DNA of 64,000 nucleotides from Alphaproteobacteria bacterium (GTDB lineage Bacteria; Pseudomonadota; Alphaproteobacteria; SP197): NCBI GenBank assembly GCA_009694045.1, contig SHVY01000009.1, positions 5,088 to 69,087 of the forward strand, read 5' to 3'. Shown piece by piece: positions 9,572 to 19,452 of this stretch (position 1 is its first letter; each line of letters starts with the position of its first letter). The notes under the pieces were generated by a model. It saw only the letters and a program-made list of their open reading frames with translations, ran no database searches and was not told where the DNA came from. The position numbers and the translations under genes were made by a program.

Positions 9572-11103
9572 CCACGCTTTTGGCGGTGGCGGCCGGTCTG
9601 GTCGCGGCACCGGCGAACGCGGTGCCCCTCAACGTCAACGTCAGCAATCAAACGGGAACGGCGACCAAGAGCGAGACGTCGATCGATGTCAATCCCACGG
9701 ACCCGAGCAACCTGGTGATCGTCTCGCACTCGGGGGATTCCGACCAAGCCATCGATCCCGACGACTCCTTCGCCGTGTTTCAGACGTTCTGGAGCAAGGA
9801 CGGCGGCGCGACCTGGAACTCGGTGCCGCTTGACGATATCGACGACGGATTCGAAAGCGACTTGAGGTTCGACCCGAGCGTCGCCTTCGACGCGGACGGC
9901 AACCTTTACGTGGCCTATGGTGTCAGCCTGGCGGCCGGAGTCGATGACATCGCCACGGACATCGACGAATCCGTGGCCCGGGCGGCCATGGTCGTCGCCC
10001 ACAGTTCCGACGGAGGCGAGTCCTACGACCAGTTCACGGTGGTCGCCACCACCGCCGATACGATGGACGGACGGCCTGGCAACGACAAATGGCACCTCGC
10101 GACTGGTCCCGACAAACTCGCCGCGAACGAGCAGGCCTTGTACATCGCCTGGACCCAGAACCTGGAGACGGAACAGAGGATCGTCCTGTCCGGCTCGTTC
10201 GACGAAGCCGCGAGTTTCTTCGCCGATCCGGTCCTGGTCAGCGACGATGTGCAGCCCGGCAAACTGTTCGCCGATCCCGCGGTCGATGCCAATGGGAACG
10301 TATTCGTCTCGTGGCACGACTTCACCAAGACGGAAGACCTCACCGTCGACAACAACCGGGTCATGGTGGACGTTTCGCAGGACAACGGCGCGACGTTCGG
10401 CGCCGACAATCTCGTGACCGAGATCAATCCGGAGTTCGCCGCCGGACTCAATGGCTTGAAGGTGCCGGTCACGGCGCAACCGACCCGCGGCGTGCATGTC
10501 GGCCCGGTGCTCGACGCCGACCAGAGTGACGGCGCGTTCGCCAATCGCCTCTACGAGGCGTACGTGGACCTGGACGGGGAGTACGAGTTCGGGGTCAAGG
10601 AGAACACTGACATCTTCGTCCGCTATTCCGACGACGAAGGGGCAATCTGGAGCGACCCCGTAAGAGTCAACGACGACACGACCACGAACAGCCAGTTCCT
10701 GCCGTGGATCGACGTCGATCCGATCAAGGGCCTGGTCGGGGTGGTGTGGTACGATGCCCGCGACGACATTTTCAATGAACTCGTCGAGGTGTTCTTCTCA
10801 TTCAGCCAGGACGGCGGCGACACGTTAAGCCCGAACATCCTGCTGTCGTACATCGCCTCGGGAATCAGCGGCTTCGCCAACGGCTACCTGGAGTACATCG
10901 GGCTTGCCGGCTTCGATCATGTCTTTAAACATTCTGTGTGGTCGCCGTCGGAGGGATTGTTGGCCGGCGGCGCGCCGAGCGAAAACCTCGACATCATCAC
11001 CACGCATATCGAGGTGGACGAACCCTCGGCCCTGCTGCCGTGGTTTGCGGCGATCGCGACTTTCGGCGCCGGCGCGATGCGGCTCCGCCGGGCCGTCCGG
11101 TAA
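9538..11103 (+). CDS. Secreted BNR/Asp-box beta-propeller (sialidase-like fold) with PEP-CTERM-like sorting tail
   Basis: Signal peptide ending PANA; Asp boxes SKDGGATW, SSDGGESY, SFDEAASF, SQDNGATF, SDDEGAIW, SQDGGDTL; tail VDEPS-hydrophobic helix-RLRRAVR. Confidence 0.8.
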   Translation: MRTELPAFRTLTTLLAVAAGLVAAPANAVPLNVNVSNQTGTATKSETSIDVNPTDPSNLVIVSHSGDSDQAIDPDDSFAVFQTFWSKDGGATWNSVPLDDIDDGFESDLRFDPSVAFDADGNLYVAYGVSLAAGVDDIATDIDESVARAAMVVAHSSDGGESYDQFTVVATTADTMDGRPGNDKWHLATGPDKLAANEQALYIAWTQNLETEQRIVLSGSFDEAASFFADPVLVSDDVQPGKLFADPAVDANGNVFVSWHDFTKTEDLTVDNNRVMVDVSQDNGATFGADNLVTEINPEFAAGLNGLKVPVTAQPTRGVHVGPVLDADQSDGAFANRLYEAYVDLDGEYEFGVKENTDIFVRYSDDEGAIWSDPVRVNDDTTTNSQFLPWIDVDPIKGLVGVVWYDARDDIFNELVEVFFSFSQDGGDTLSPNILLSYIASGISGFANGYLEYIGLAGFDHVFKHSVWSPSEGLLAGGAPSENLDIITTHIEVDEPSALLPWFAAIATFGAGAMRLRRAVR

Positions 11104-11113
11104 GCAAGGACAA

Positions 11114-11140
11114 GCGGCGCGGGGCTTGACCCCGCGCCGC
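11114..11140. other. 11-bp GC hairpin after the PEP-CTERM-like gene (possible pause or terminator)
   Basis: GCGGCGCGGGG-CTTGA-CCCCGCGCCGC; no U-tract. Confidence 0.35.
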
Positions 11141-11161
11141 CCGCTGCCCTAGGGAGCGGGC

Positions 11162-11998
11162 ATGGCGTCCCGCGTCGCGGTCACCCGTTTCGCCCCGAGT
11201 CCGACCGGATACCTGCACCTAGGGCACGCGTTCGCGGCGCTTACGGCATGGTCGGCGGCGCGTGGGTCCGGTGGGCGATTTCTGCTGCGGATCGAGGACA
11301 TCGACCGCAGCCGCTGTCGGTCCGTGTTCGAGGCGGCGATTCGCGATGACCTCGCCTGGCTCGGCATCGCCTGGGACGGAACCGTGTGGCACCAGTCGGA
11401 ACGCCAGGACGCCTACGCCGCCGCGCTGACGGTCCTGGCGGATCGCGGCTTCACCTATCCCTGTTTCTGCACCCGCCGCGATATCGCCCAGTCGCTGTCG
11501 GCGCCGCACGGACCCGACGGTCCGATCTACCCGGGGATCTGCCGGATGCTGGGGGCCGCGGAGCGGGATCGGCGCATCGCGCGCGGCGACGTGCACGCCC
11601 TTAGGCTCGACGTGGCAAGGGCGCTGGCCGTCGCCGGCGATCTCGCATGGACGGACCGGGAGGTCGGGTCCGTGGTCGCCCGGCCCGCGGCGGCGGGGGA
11701 CATCGTGATGGCCCGCAAGGACATCGGCACGAGCTATCACCTGGCGGTGGTGGTGGACGACGCCGACCAGGGCATCACCCTGGTGACCCGGGGGGACGAT
11801 CTGTTCGCGGCGACCCACGTGCAGCGTCTACTCCAGGCACTCCTTGGTCTGCCCACTCCGGCCTACCATCACCACCGCTTGATCATGGACGAGGGTGGGG
11901 GGCGGCTCGCCAAGCGGACGCCGGGCGTCACCTTGCGCGACTTGCGCGCGGCCGGCGCGACACCCGCCGAGATCCGCTCCCGTCTAGGCTTCGTCTGA
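11162..11998 (+). CDS. gluQ: tRNA glutamyl-Q(34) synthetase GluQRS
   Basis: TRFAPSPTGYLHLGH, LRIEDID, CFCTR zinc site, RLAKR; no anticodon-binding domain (278 aa). Confidence 0.92.
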   Translation: MASRVAVTRFAPSPTGYLHLGHAFAALTAWSAARGSGGRFLLRIEDIDRSRCRSVFEAAIRDDLAWLGIAWDGTVWHQSERQDAYAAALTVLADRGFTYPCFCTRRDIAQSLSAPHGPDGPIYPGICRMLGAAERDRRIARGDVHALRLDVARALAVAGDLAWTDREVGSVVARPAAAGDIVMARKDIGTSYHLAVVVDDADQGITLVTRGDDLFAATHVQRLLQALLGLPTPAYHHHRLIMDEGGGRLAKRTPGVTLRDLRAAGATPAEIRSRLGFV

Positions 11999-12286
11999 GC
12001 CGTAGGTCGGGTGCAGCGGCTTGTCCATCGCGCGCACCTCGACGACCCCGAGCAGGCTCGCGATCCGCGCCACCAGATTCTCGCGCTCCTCGCGGGCGAG
12101 GTCCGGCACCTCGATGGTGAGGGCGAGCTGCGGCTCCCGCGACGTCGTCATGGCGATCAGGCGGGTCGGCATCACGTCGAGCCGCGCGAACAGCGTCACG
12201 ATCCGCACCAGCGTGTGCGGGTCTGCCCGTGCGATGATCGCGAACGCCGTCGTCGGCGTCTGTTCAGCGGTCAGCTGAGCGCTCAT
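11984..12286 (-). CDS. Stand-alone ACT-domain-like protein
   Basis: FAIIARADPHTLVRIVTLFARLDVMP...RIASLLGVVEV ACT-like pattern; AGGA RBS before ATG 12286. Confidence 0.65.
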   Translation of the reverse strand: MSAQLTAEQTPTTAFAIIARADPHTLVRIVTLFARLDVMPTRLIAMTTSREPQLALTIEVPDLAREERENLVARIASLLGVVEVRAMDKPLHPTYGSDEA

Positions 12287-12409
12287 GGCGGCCCGTCCTG
12301 GGTTGCGCGCTTCCGGCCGAAACGCCATCCCTGGCCACGGCCCCCCGAGAGGCCTTGGGCCCCTCGCCTTAAGACTAGCTTAGGCGCAACGACCCGGCGG
12401 TGACGGCGG

Positions 12410-13606
12410 TCACCCGCGCACCCGAGGGCGGACCAAGACCATGTGGACGATGAACGCGGCGATCGCGCACGCCGCCATGAGGCTGGCCATCGGCAGCGCG
12501 GTGCCGTCGTGCACGATCCCGACCCCGGTCGCCGTGAAGGAGGCGATGCCGAACTGCAGAGTCCCGAGCAGGGCCGAGGCGATCCCGGCGATCGTACCGT
12601 GCGGCGCCATGGCCAGGGCCGCCGAGTTCGGCAACAGGAAACCGAGCGTGGCGATCTGGACGAAGATCGGCACGATCAATCCGACGATGCCGCCGAACCC
12701 GGTGATCACGACGGCGAGGAGGACCAAGGCCGCGACCACCTGCGCCACCGCGGCGATCGCGACCAGGCGGGCCGGCCCGACCCGGCGCACGATGGCGCCG
12801 TTGATCTGGGCCACGACGACGAAGCCGGCGGCGTTGCCGCCGAAGATCCAGCCGAATTCGTCCGGCGCCACGCCATGCAACTCGATGAAGACGAACGGCG
12901 AGGCGGCGATGTAGGCGAACATCCCGGCGATCGTCAGGCCGCCGGTCAGGGCATAGCCCATGAACGCGCGATCGACCAGGAGTCGGGCGTAGTCGATGGC
13001 GATGCGGCCGAATGCCAAGGGGCGCACCGTGCGCGGATCGCGGGTTTCGGGCAGGCGCGACCAGGCCATGGCCAGGCAGACCAGCCCGAAGCCGCCGAGG
13101 GTCCAGAAGATCGCCGCCCAGCCGACGTGCACGAGAATCCAGCCGCCGGCGAGGGGTGCGAGGATCGGCGCAAGGCCCATCACCAGAATGAGGTGCGAGA
13201 ACATCCGCGCCGCCTCGATGGGTTCGAACAAATCGCGCACGATCGCCCGCGCCGTCACCACCCCGGCGCAGGCGCCCAGGGCCTCGAAGAAGCGCAAGGC
13301 CATCAGCGCCTCGACCGAGGGCGCGAGGGCGCAGCCCACGGTGGCGAGGGTGAACAGCGCCAGACCGACGAGCAGCGGAAGCCACCGTCCGAAGCGGTCG
13401 CTCAAGGGGCCGAACCCCGCCTGGCCGATGGCGAAGCCGAGGAAGAAGGCGGCAAGGGTGAGCTGGCCCGTGCCGGGAGCGGAGGCGAACACTCGCTCCA
13501 AGGTGGGCAGCGCCGGCAGGTACATGTCAATCGACATCGGCGCGAACGCCGTCAGCGCGCCGAGGATGACGACCAGCTCGACCCTAGCTCTCGGCAGCGA
13601 TGCCAC
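12410..13606 (-). CDS. Bcr/CflA family multidrug efflux MFS transporter
   Basis: SIDMYLPALP, GPLSDRFGR, RAIVRDLF, PILAPLAGG. Confidence 0.93.
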   Translation of the reverse strand: MASLPRARVELVVILGALTAFAPMSIDMYLPALPTLERVFASAPGTGQLTLAAFFLGFAIGQAGFGPLSDRFGRWLPLLVGLALFTLATVGCALAPSVEALMALRFFEALGACAGVVTARAIVRDLFEPIEAARMFSHLILVMGLAPILAPLAGGWILVHVGWAAIFWTLGGFGLVCLAMAWSRLPETRDPRTVRPLAFGRIAIDYARLLVDRAFMGYALTGGLTIAGMFAYIAASPFVFIELHGVAPDEFGWIFGGNAAGFVVVAQINGAIVRRVGPARLVAIAAVAQVVAALVLLAVVITGFGGIVGLIVPIFVQIATLGFLLPNSAALAMAPHGTIAGIASALLGTLQFGIASFTATGVGIVHDGTALPMASLMAACAIAAFIVHMVLVRPRVRG

Positions 13607-13639
13607 GGCGCGCCTTTCGTCCCCGACCGGCCGCGGACC

Positions 13640-15625
13640 CTACGCGTTTGCCCCTGCCCCGACAAGCAGCCCAACCACGTCCTCGACAATGGCGGTGAGG
13701 TCGTAGTCGCGGGGGGTGTAGATGCGGGCGACGCCGGCGGCGGTAAGCGCGCGGCGGTCGGCCTCGGGGATGATTCCGCCGACGACGACGGGGATGTCGC
13801 CCTGGCCTTGCGCCCGCATCCGCTCCAGCACCTCGGCCACCAGGGGTCCGTGGGCGCCGGAGAGGATCGACAGCCCGACCACGTGCACGCTCTCCTCCAG
13901 GGCCGCGGCGGCGATCTGCGCGGGCGTCAGGCGGATGCCCTGGTAGACCACCTCGAAGCCGCAGTCGCGAGCCCGCAAGGCCACCTGCTCGGCGCCGTTG
14001 GAATGGCCGTCGAGGCCGGGTTTACCCACCAGGAGCTTGAGCCGCCGGCCGAGCCGCAGGCTCGCGGCCTCGACGCTTGCGCGGACCTTACGAATGCGCT
14101 CGCCCTCGCCGGCCGCGATGCCACCAACTCCGGTCGGCGCCCGGTATTCGCCGTGGATCTTGCGCAGGGTCTCGGCCCATTCGCCGGTGGTGACGCCGGC
14201 ATGGGCGCAGGCGATCGAGGGTTCCATCACGTTGCGTCCGGCCGTCGCCGCGTCGCGCAGGCGCGCGAGCGAATCCGCCACGCGGGCACCGTCCCGTTGC
14301 CGCCGCCAAGCCTCGAGTCGGGCGATCTGGTCGCGTTCGGCGTGCTGGTCGATCGTGACGATCCCGCCCCCGGCCTGGGACGCCAGGGGCGAGGGCGCCG
14401 TCTCGGTGTAGCGGTTGACGCCGACGACGGTCTGCTCGCCAGCCTCGATCGCCGCCATGCGCCGGGCGTTGGCGGCGACCAAGGCCCCCTTCATGGCGCC
14501 GGATTCGACCGCCGCGACAGCGCCCCCCAGGCCCTCGATGCGATCGAGCTCGGCCATCGCGGCAAGCTTCAGCTCGGTCACCTTGGCAGCGACCACATGG
14601 CTGCCGTCGAACAGGTCCTCGTGGTCCAGGAGATCGCTTTCGAAAGCGACGATCTGCTGCAGTCGGAGGCTCCACTGCTGGTCCCAGGGCGAGGGTAGGC
14701 CCAGGGCCTCGTTCCAGGCGGGAAGCTGGACCGCGCGCGCCCGGGCCCGCTTCGACAGCACGACGGCGAGCACCTCCAGGAGAATGCGGTAGACGTTGTT
14801 CTCCGGCTGCTGCTCGGTCAGGCCGAGGGAGTTCACCTGCACGCCGTAGCGAAACAGCCGGTGCTTGGGATCGGTCACGCCGTAGCGCGAAGTCGTGATC
14901 TCGTCCCACAGCTCGGCGAACGCACGCAGCTTGCAGAGCTCGGTGACGAAGCGAACACCGGCGTTGACGAAGAAGCTGATGCGCCCGACCACGGCCGACA
15001 GCTCCTCCGCCGTTACCTGGCCGCCGGCCTTCACCCGGTCGAGGATGGCGATCGCGGTCGCCAGCGCGAAGGCGACCTCCTGCACCGGCGTCGCCCCGGC
15101 CTCCTGCAGGTGGTACGAGCAGACATTGACGGGATTCCACTTCGGCACGGCGCGCAGGGCGAAGGCAATGGTATCGACGGTGAGCCCGAGGCTCGGCTCC
15201 GGCGGGAAGATGTGGGTGCCGCGCGAGAGGTACTCCTTGATGATGTCGTTCTGGGTGGTCCCCGCGAGGGCCGCGCGCGGGGTCCCCCGGCTGTCCGCCA
15301 GCGCGACGTAGAGCGCCAGCAGCCACGGCGCCGTGGCGTTGATCGTCATCGAGGTGTTCATGCGTTCGAGCGGCAGGCCCTCGAATAGCGTCGTCATGTC
15401 GCCCAGGTGCCCGACGGGCACGCCCACGCGCCCGACCTCGCCCCGCGCGAGCGGATGGTCGCTGTCGTAACCGGTCTGGGTCGGCAGGTCGAAGGCGATC
15501 GACAGGCCGGTCTGGCCCGTGGCCAGATTCGCGCGAAACAGCGCGTTCGACGCCGCGGCCGATGAGTGGCCGGCATAGGTCCGCATCAGCCAGGGCGAAT
15601 CGCGGGTCGTTGGCTCGTTCGTCAT
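13640..15625 (-). CDS. ecm: Ethylmalonyl-CoA mutase (MeaA)
   Basis: PWLMRTYAGHS, AFDLPTQTGYDSD, KPGLDGHSNGAEQ; divergent from ccr. Confidence 0.93.
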   Translation of the reverse strand: MTNEPTTRDSPWLMRTYAGHSSAAASNALFRANLATGQTGLSIAFDLPTQTGYDSDHPLARGEVGRVGVPVGHLGDMTTLFEGLPLERMNTSMTINATAPWLLALYVALADSRGTPRAALAGTTQNDIIKEYLSRGTHIFPPEPSLGLTVDTIAFALRAVPKWNPVNVCSYHLQEAGATPVQEVAFALATAIAILDRVKAGGQVTAEELSAVVGRISFFVNAGVRFVTELCKLRAFAELWDEITTSRYGVTDPKHRLFRYGVQVNSLGLTEQQPENNVYRILLEVLAVVLSKRARARAVQLPAWNEALGLPSPWDQQWSLRLQQIVAFESDLLDHEDLFDGSHVVAAKVTELKLAAMAELDRIEGLGGAVAAVESGAMKGALVAANARRMAAIEAGEQTVVGVNRYTETAPSPLASQAGGGIVTIDQHAERDQIARLEAWRRQRDGARVADSLARLRDAATAGRNVMEPSIACAHAGVTTGEWAETLRKIHGEYRAPTGVGGIAAGEGERIRKVRASVEAASLRLGRRLKLLVGKPGLDGHSNGAEQVALRARDCGFEVVYQGIRLTPAQIAAAALEESVHVVGLSILSGAHGPLVAEVLERMRAQGQGDIPVVVGGIIPEADRRALTAAGVARIYTPRDYDLTAIVEDVVGLLVGAGANA

Positions 15626-15669
15626 GATTTAACCGTCTCGGATCAACACTACGTCATGCGCGCCGATGT

Positions 15670-15789
15670 TGCAGCGCAAAATAGCAGTTGCTTCAGTCCC
15701 AGGCCCGGCGAAGAATCCCGCCCTATCCAAGGGTTAAGACCCTTGCTGCGGCGCACTAGCCCTGACCTCCCCTTGGCGTGTGCATTGCA
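15670..15789. promoter_or_regulatory. Three TGC-N3-GCA motifs (PhaR-type sites) in the ecm/ccr intergenic region
   Basis: TGCAGCGCA 15670-15678, TGCGGCGCA 15747-15755, TGCATTGCA 15781-15789. Confidence 0.45.
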
Positions 15790-15843
15790 GCATCGATGCC
15801 AGAACCCCCGCCCGTTCGGGCGATCTGACTTCAGAGGTACACC

Positions 15844-17124
15844 ATGGCCCAAGCCGCGCAAGTCCTCACCCCCGCCTTTTCGGCCCCCAAGGATCTCTAT
15901 GAGGTCGGGGAGATTCCGCCGCTCGGCCACGTGCCCGCGCGCATGCACGCCTGGGCCATCCGGCGCGAGCGGCATGGGCCGCCGGAAAGCGCCATGCAGG
16001 TCGAGGTGGTCGAGACGCCGGCGATCGAATCGGACGAAGTGCTGGTCCACGTCATGGCCGCCGGGGTGAACTACAACGGCGTTTGGGCGGCGCTCGGCAA
16101 GCCGATCTCGCCGTTCGATGCGCACAAGGCGCCCTTTCACGTCGCCGGGTCCGACGCGGCCGGCGTCGTCTGGGCGGTCGGCAATCGGGTCAAGCGCTGG
16201 AAGGTCGGCGACGAGGTCGTCGTCCACTGCAACCAAGACGACGGCGACGACGAGGAATGCAACGGCGGCGACCCGATGTTCTCGCCGTCCCAGCGCATCT
16301 GGGGCTACGAGACCCCGGACGGGTCGTTTGCCCAGTTCTGCCGGGTCCAGCAGCGCCAGCTCATGCACCGGCCCCGCCATCTGACCTGGGAGGAGAGCGG
16401 CTGCTACGTCCTCACCCTCGCGACCGCCTATCGTATGCTGTTCGGCCACCGGCCCCATATCCTGCGCCCCGGCGACAACGTCCTGGTCTGGGGCGGCGCC
16501 GGGGGCCTGGGGTCCATGGCGATCCAGCTCATCGCCACAGCGGGCGCCAACGCCATCGCCGTGATCTCCGACGACGCGAAGCGCGACTTCGTGCTCTCCC
16601 TAGGGGCGAAGGCCGCGATCAACCGCTCGAAGTTCGACTGCTGGGGCAGGCTTCCCGAGGTGGAAGACGCGGCGGCTTACGGTGCCTACATGAAGAAGGT
16701 CCGGGACTTCGGCCGCGCCATCTGGGACGTGACCGGCAAGGGCAACGACGTCGACTTCGTCTTCGAACATCCGGGCGAGCAGACCTTCCCGGTGTCCTGC
16801 TTCCTGGTGAAGCGGGGCGGCATGGTGGTGTTCTGCGCCGGCACCACCGGCTACAACCTGACCATGGACGCGCGCTTCGTTTGGATGCGGCAGAAGCGCA
16901 TCCAAGGCAGCCATTTCGCCAACCTGAAGCAGGCCGCCCAGGCGAGCCGCCTGGTGTTCGACCACCGCATCGACCCGTGCATGAGCGAAGTTTTCGCCTG
17001 GCACGACATCCCGCGCGCCCACACCATCATGTGGAAGAACCAGCACAAGCCGGGGAACATGGCCGTGCTGGTCCAAGCCAAGCGCCCGGGTCTGCGCACC
17101 CTCGAGGACGCGCGGGAGGCGTAG
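15844..17124 (+). CDS. ccrA: Crotonyl-CoA carboxylase/reductase
   Basis: [54 protein letters not shown]. Confidence 0.97.
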   Translation: MAQAAQVLTPAFSAPKDLYEVGEIPPLGHVPARMHAWAIRRERHGPPESAMQVEVVETPAIESDEVLVHVMAAGVNYNGVWAALGKPISPFDAHKAPFHVAGSDAAGVVWAVGNRVKRWKVGDEVVVHCNQDDGDDEECNGGDPMFSPSQRIWGYETPDGSFAQFCRVQQRQLMHRPRHLTWEESGCYVLTLATAYRMLFGHRPHILRPGDNVLVWGGAGGLGSMAIQLIATAGANAIAVISDDAKRDFVLSLGAKAAINRSKFDCWGRLPEVEDAAAYGAYMKKVRDFGRAIWDVTGKGNDVDFVFEHPGEQTFPVSCFLVKRGGMVVFCAGTTGYNLTMDARFVWMRQKRIQGSHFANLKQAAQASRLVFDHRIDPCMSEVFAWHDIPRAHTIMWKNQHKPGNMAVLVQAKRPGLRTLEDAREA

Positions 17125-17134
17125 TCTCCGCGCC

Positions 17135-18775
17135 ATGACCTCGATGATCGCGGCGTGCGCGGCCGCACTTGCCGCGGCCGAGGCGCTGTTCGAGGTGGCG
17201 CGCGCGGCCGTGCGTGTGCGGGTCGCCGATCTCGGCAAGCTAGACGCCGAACAGCAGGCCGCCCACGGCCTGGCCTGGGTCGCGACCTATGTGGAGGCGC
17301 TGCGCCAGCTTCTGGCCTGGGCGCGGCGGCTCGACAGCGACGGCCGGCTCGGCAATCTGGAACGGTTGATCCTCGTGGTCGGCTACGGCGAGTACCTGGC
17401 CCAGCTCGGCGGCGGCCTGCCCATGAGCCAGGGCGAGATGGTGCGGCCCCAGGACCTTGGGCTTGATGACGAGGCCCTGGCGGCGTTCCAAGCCCCGGCG
17501 GTCCGTGCCCTGATCGCCGAGGGCGCCGCGCCGGCGACCCGCGCGGGCCTCGCCGCGGCTCTCGCGGAAGCGGCCGACGGCGGCGGTCATGGCGACCCGG
17601 GCTTTCCCGACCCGACGCTTCTCCAGTTTCAGGAGCAGTTCCGCCGCTTCGTGACGGCCAAGGTGGCGCCCCATGCCGCCCGCTGGCATGGCGACGATGC
17701 GCTGATCCCACTGGAGGTCATCGCCGAGATGGCCGGGATGGGCACCTTCGGCCTCACGGTGCCGGAGGAACACGGCGGTCTTGGGCTCTCCAAGGTCGCG
17801 ATGTGCGTGGTCACCGAGGAATTGTCGCGCGGCTACATCGGCGTCGGCTCCATGGGCACCCGCTCCGAGATCGCGGCGGAGCTCATCCGGCTCGGCGGCA
17901 CGCCGGCACAGAAGGAGCGCTGGCTGCCCGGCCTCGCCAGCGGCGCGGTGCTGCCGACGGCGGTGTTCACCGAGCCCGGCACCGGCTCCGACCTTGGCGG
18001 TCTTAAGACACGGGCGGTGCGCGACGGCAACGTCTACCGCATCACCGGCAACAAGACCTGGATCACCCACGCCGCCCGTGCCGACCTCATGACGCTGCTC
18101 GCCCGCACCGACCCGAACGAGGGCGGCTATCGCGGGCTCTCCATGTTCCTGGCCGAGAAGCCGCGCGGCACGGCGGCCGATCCGTTCCCGGCGGCCGGCA
18201 TGACGGGCAGCGAAATCCGCGTGCTCGGCTACCGCGGGATGAAGGAGTACGAGCTCGCCTTCGACGGCTTCGCCGTTCCGGCCGCCAACCTGCTGGGCGA
18301 GGTCGAGGGCCAGGGGTTCAAGCAGCTCATGGCGACCTTCGAATCCGCCCGCATCCAGACGGCCGCGCGGGCCGTGGGGGTGGCGCAGAACGCGCTCGAG
18401 CTGGGGCTCGACTATGCGCGCGGCCGGCAGCAGTTCGGCCGTGCCATCTACGGGTTTCCCCGGGTCGCCAACAAGCTCGCCTGGATGGCGGTCGAGATCA
18501 TGATGGCGCGCCAGCTCACCTGGTTCGCGGCGGCCCAGAAGGACGCCGACAAGCGCTGCGACCTGGAGGCCGGCATGGCGAAGCTGCTGGCCGCCCGGGT
18601 CGCCTGGGCCGCGGCGGACAACGCCCTGCAGGTGCACGGCGGCAACGGCTACGCCGAGGAGTACCCGATCAGCCGGGTCCTGGTGGACAGCCGCATCCTC
18701 AACATCTTCGAGGGCGCCGCCGAAATCCAAGCCCAGGTCGTCGCCCGCCGGCTGCTGGAGAACGAGCGGAACTGA
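17135..18775 (+). CDS. mcd: Acyl-CoA dehydrogenase, probable (2S)-methylsuccinyl-CoA dehydrogenase
   Basis: [19 protein letters not shown]-terminal extension, [27 protein letters not shown]; directly after ccr. Confidence 0.85.
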   Translation: MTSMIAACAAALAAAEALFEVARAAVRVRVADLGKLDAEQQAAHGLAWVATYVEALRQLLAWARRLDSDGRLGNLERLILVVGYGEYLAQLGGGLPMSQGEMVRPQDLGLDDEALAAFQAPAVRALIAEGAAPATRAGLAAALAEAADGGGHGDPGFPDPTLLQFQEQFRRFVTAKVAPHAARWHGDDALIPLEVIAEMAGMGTFGLTVPEEHGGLGLSKVAMCVVTEELSRGYIGVGSMGTRSEIAAELIRLGGTPAQKERWLPGLASGAVLPTAVFTEPGTGSDLGGLKTRAVRDGNVYRITGNKTWITHAARADLMTLLARTDPNEGGYRGLSMFLAEKPRGTAADPFPAAGMTGSEIRVLGYRGMKEYELAFDGFAVPAANLLGEVEGQGFKQLMATFESARIQTAARAVGVAQNALELGLDYARGRQQFGRAIYGFPRVANKLAWMAVEIMMARQLTWFAAAQKDADKRCDLEAGMAKLLAARVAWAAADNALQVHGGNGYAEEYPISRVLVDSRILNIFEGAAEIQAQVVARRLLENERN

Positions 18776-18843
18776 GTGGCGTTTCCGGTTGCCGCGCCTA
18801 TGGCGCCAAGTCAGGATCACGGGCATTCCATCGGAGAGACAAT

Positions 18844-19080
18844 TTGACGGTCGAACATCGCTATTCGGTTGCCTTCGAGCCCCAGGCCGAAGGGGGTTTC
18901 ACCGTCCTGGTGCCAGCGCTACCAGAAGTTGTGACCGAAGGCGATACCGAGCAAGAGGCCCTCCGCATGACGGAGGAGGCGATCCGTGCCATTCTCGACT
19001 ACCGCCGAGATCACGGCCTACCGATTCCGGTCGATGTCGCACCGAAGTTGCGGGAGGTGCGTATCGTAGCCGCTGAATGA
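18844..19080 (+). CDS. hicB: HicB-family antitoxin (short, no DNA-binding domain)
   Basis: YSVAFEPQAEGGFTVLVPALPEVVTEGDTEQEAL...GLPIP; GGAG RBS, TTG start. Confidence 0.9.
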   Translation: MTVEHRYSVAFEPQAEGGFTVLVPALPEVVTEGDTEQEALRMTEEAIRAILDYRRDHGLPIPVDVAPKLREVRIVAAE

Positions 19081-19172
19081 GAGGGCGACTCCCGGCGGTC
19101 AATTCCCGGCACGCCCTGGCGGCGCTGAAACGAGCTGGGTTGAGTCCGGAAGAGTTCATAGACCTGCTCTGA
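19077..19172 (+). pseudogene. hicA: HicA toxin remnant, internal deletion (31 aa)
   Basis: ATGA-coupled to hicB; MRGRLPAVNSRHALAALKRAGLSPEEFIDLL joins HicA-like N- and C-terminal helices; GSH core is absent. Confidence 0.75.
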
Positions 19173-19255
19173 TGTCACACGGTTCAGGAACCTCCCAAGT
19201 TTGGGCAGGGTCTGCTAAGAGGAACCGGTGACTCGTCCAGCACACGGCGGGAACC

Positions 19256-19450
19256 TTGTCGGCCATCCTTCCCTACCTCGTCTACGTCGCCATGGGGGCG
19301 ACGGTGATCGTGCTGATCGTCGGCGTTCTCTCGATGCTGAAGGGTGGCGAGATCAACCAGAAGTACGGCAACAAGCTGATGCGGGCGCGCATCCTGTTCC
19401 AGCTTGCCGCCGTGCTGCTGCTGGGCGCGCTATTCCTGGTGGGGCGCTGA
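19256..19450 (+). CDS. Twin-TM small protein (HIG1-domain family)
   Basis: Two TM helices with NKLMRARILFQ; usual position upstream of the adenosyltransferase and etf. Confidence 0.85.
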   Translation: MSAILPYLVYVAMGATVIVLIVGVLSMLKGGEINQKYGNKLMRARILFQLAAVLLLGALFLVGR

Positions 19451-19452
19451 CC

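Noticed and set aside
2000-12286. Stand-alone ACT protein as the regulatory subunit of the ACT-less dehydratase
   Set aside because: The genes are 9 kb apart and unlinked; ACT-less members of this family are common
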